A DNA stretch of 61,751 nt, the filler included, from Squatina squatina (lineage: Eukaryota), in NCBI GenBank assembly GCA_031763465.1. It is 4 parts of 4 records of this genome, joined end to end, with 100 filler letters (N's around TTAATTAATTAA, not from the genome) between each part and the next. Parts side by side here need not be neighbours in the genome. Positions count along the whole stretch, not along the records: positions 48,400 to 61,751 come from JARFOE010000016.1; 3 more parts are not named here. One strand, 5' to 3'. Position numbers and translations under genes: made by a program. Below are positions 61,592-61,751 of this stretch, one piece after another. Numbering within the stretch: position 1 is the stretch's first letter; each line of letters opens with the position of its first letter. The notes below the pieces were generated by a model that ran no database searches, was not told the DNA's origin, and saw only the letters and a program-made list of their open reading frames with translations.

Positions 61592-61751
61592 AAGCAAAAT
61601 ACTGCAGATGCTGGAAATCTGCGATTAAAAACAGAAAATGCTAGAACTACTCAGCAGGTAAGGCAGTATCTGGGGAGAGGGAAATCATTAACGTTTTAGG
61701 TCGATGACCTTTCATCAAAACTGGAAAAGGTTAGAGATGTAACAGGTTTTA
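61592..61751 (-). mobile_element. Penelope pLTR-like copy with mutated hammerhead core (61687-61722)
   Basis: Reverse complement AGTT TTGATGA AAGGTCATCGACCT AAAA CGTT AATG; flanks match 43737-43895; runs off the window end. Confidence 0.85.

Overview
Vertebrate nuclear DNA, almost certainly a cartilaginous fish (shark-type CR1, L2, Penelope and DeuSINE repeats, plus a shark-expanded GPR139-like receptor). It is a gapped draft assembly made of four apparently unrelated pieces joined by artificial N44-TTAATTAATTAA-N44 linkers (15081-15180, 32881-32980, 48300-48399). Piece 1 has CACUL1 (four visible exons, CpG island, poly-Gln/poly-His insert) followed by PRLHR on the same strand, as in mammals. 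Piece 2 is mostly non-coding, with GC-rich MITE-like elements, a ~36-bp minisatellite and at least one clean but unidentified exon. Piece 3 is gap-free and holds decayed CR1/L2 LINEs, a two-exon GPR139-like GPCR broken by one in-frame TGA, a degenerate 48-bp repeat array, and a Penelope-like retroelement (RT + GIY-YIG) ending in an intact minimal hammerhead ribozyme. Piece 4 has five PHKB exons (- strand) and one ITFG1 exon (+ strand) in the conserved head-to-head layout, plus two candidate alternative PHKB 5' exons. The most notable signal is a dispersed family of short Penelope-derived elements carrying a dimer-dependent hammerhead ribozyme, including fold-back copies and one with a 12-bp flanking duplication. 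Gene identities come from recalled protein similarity, not database searches.
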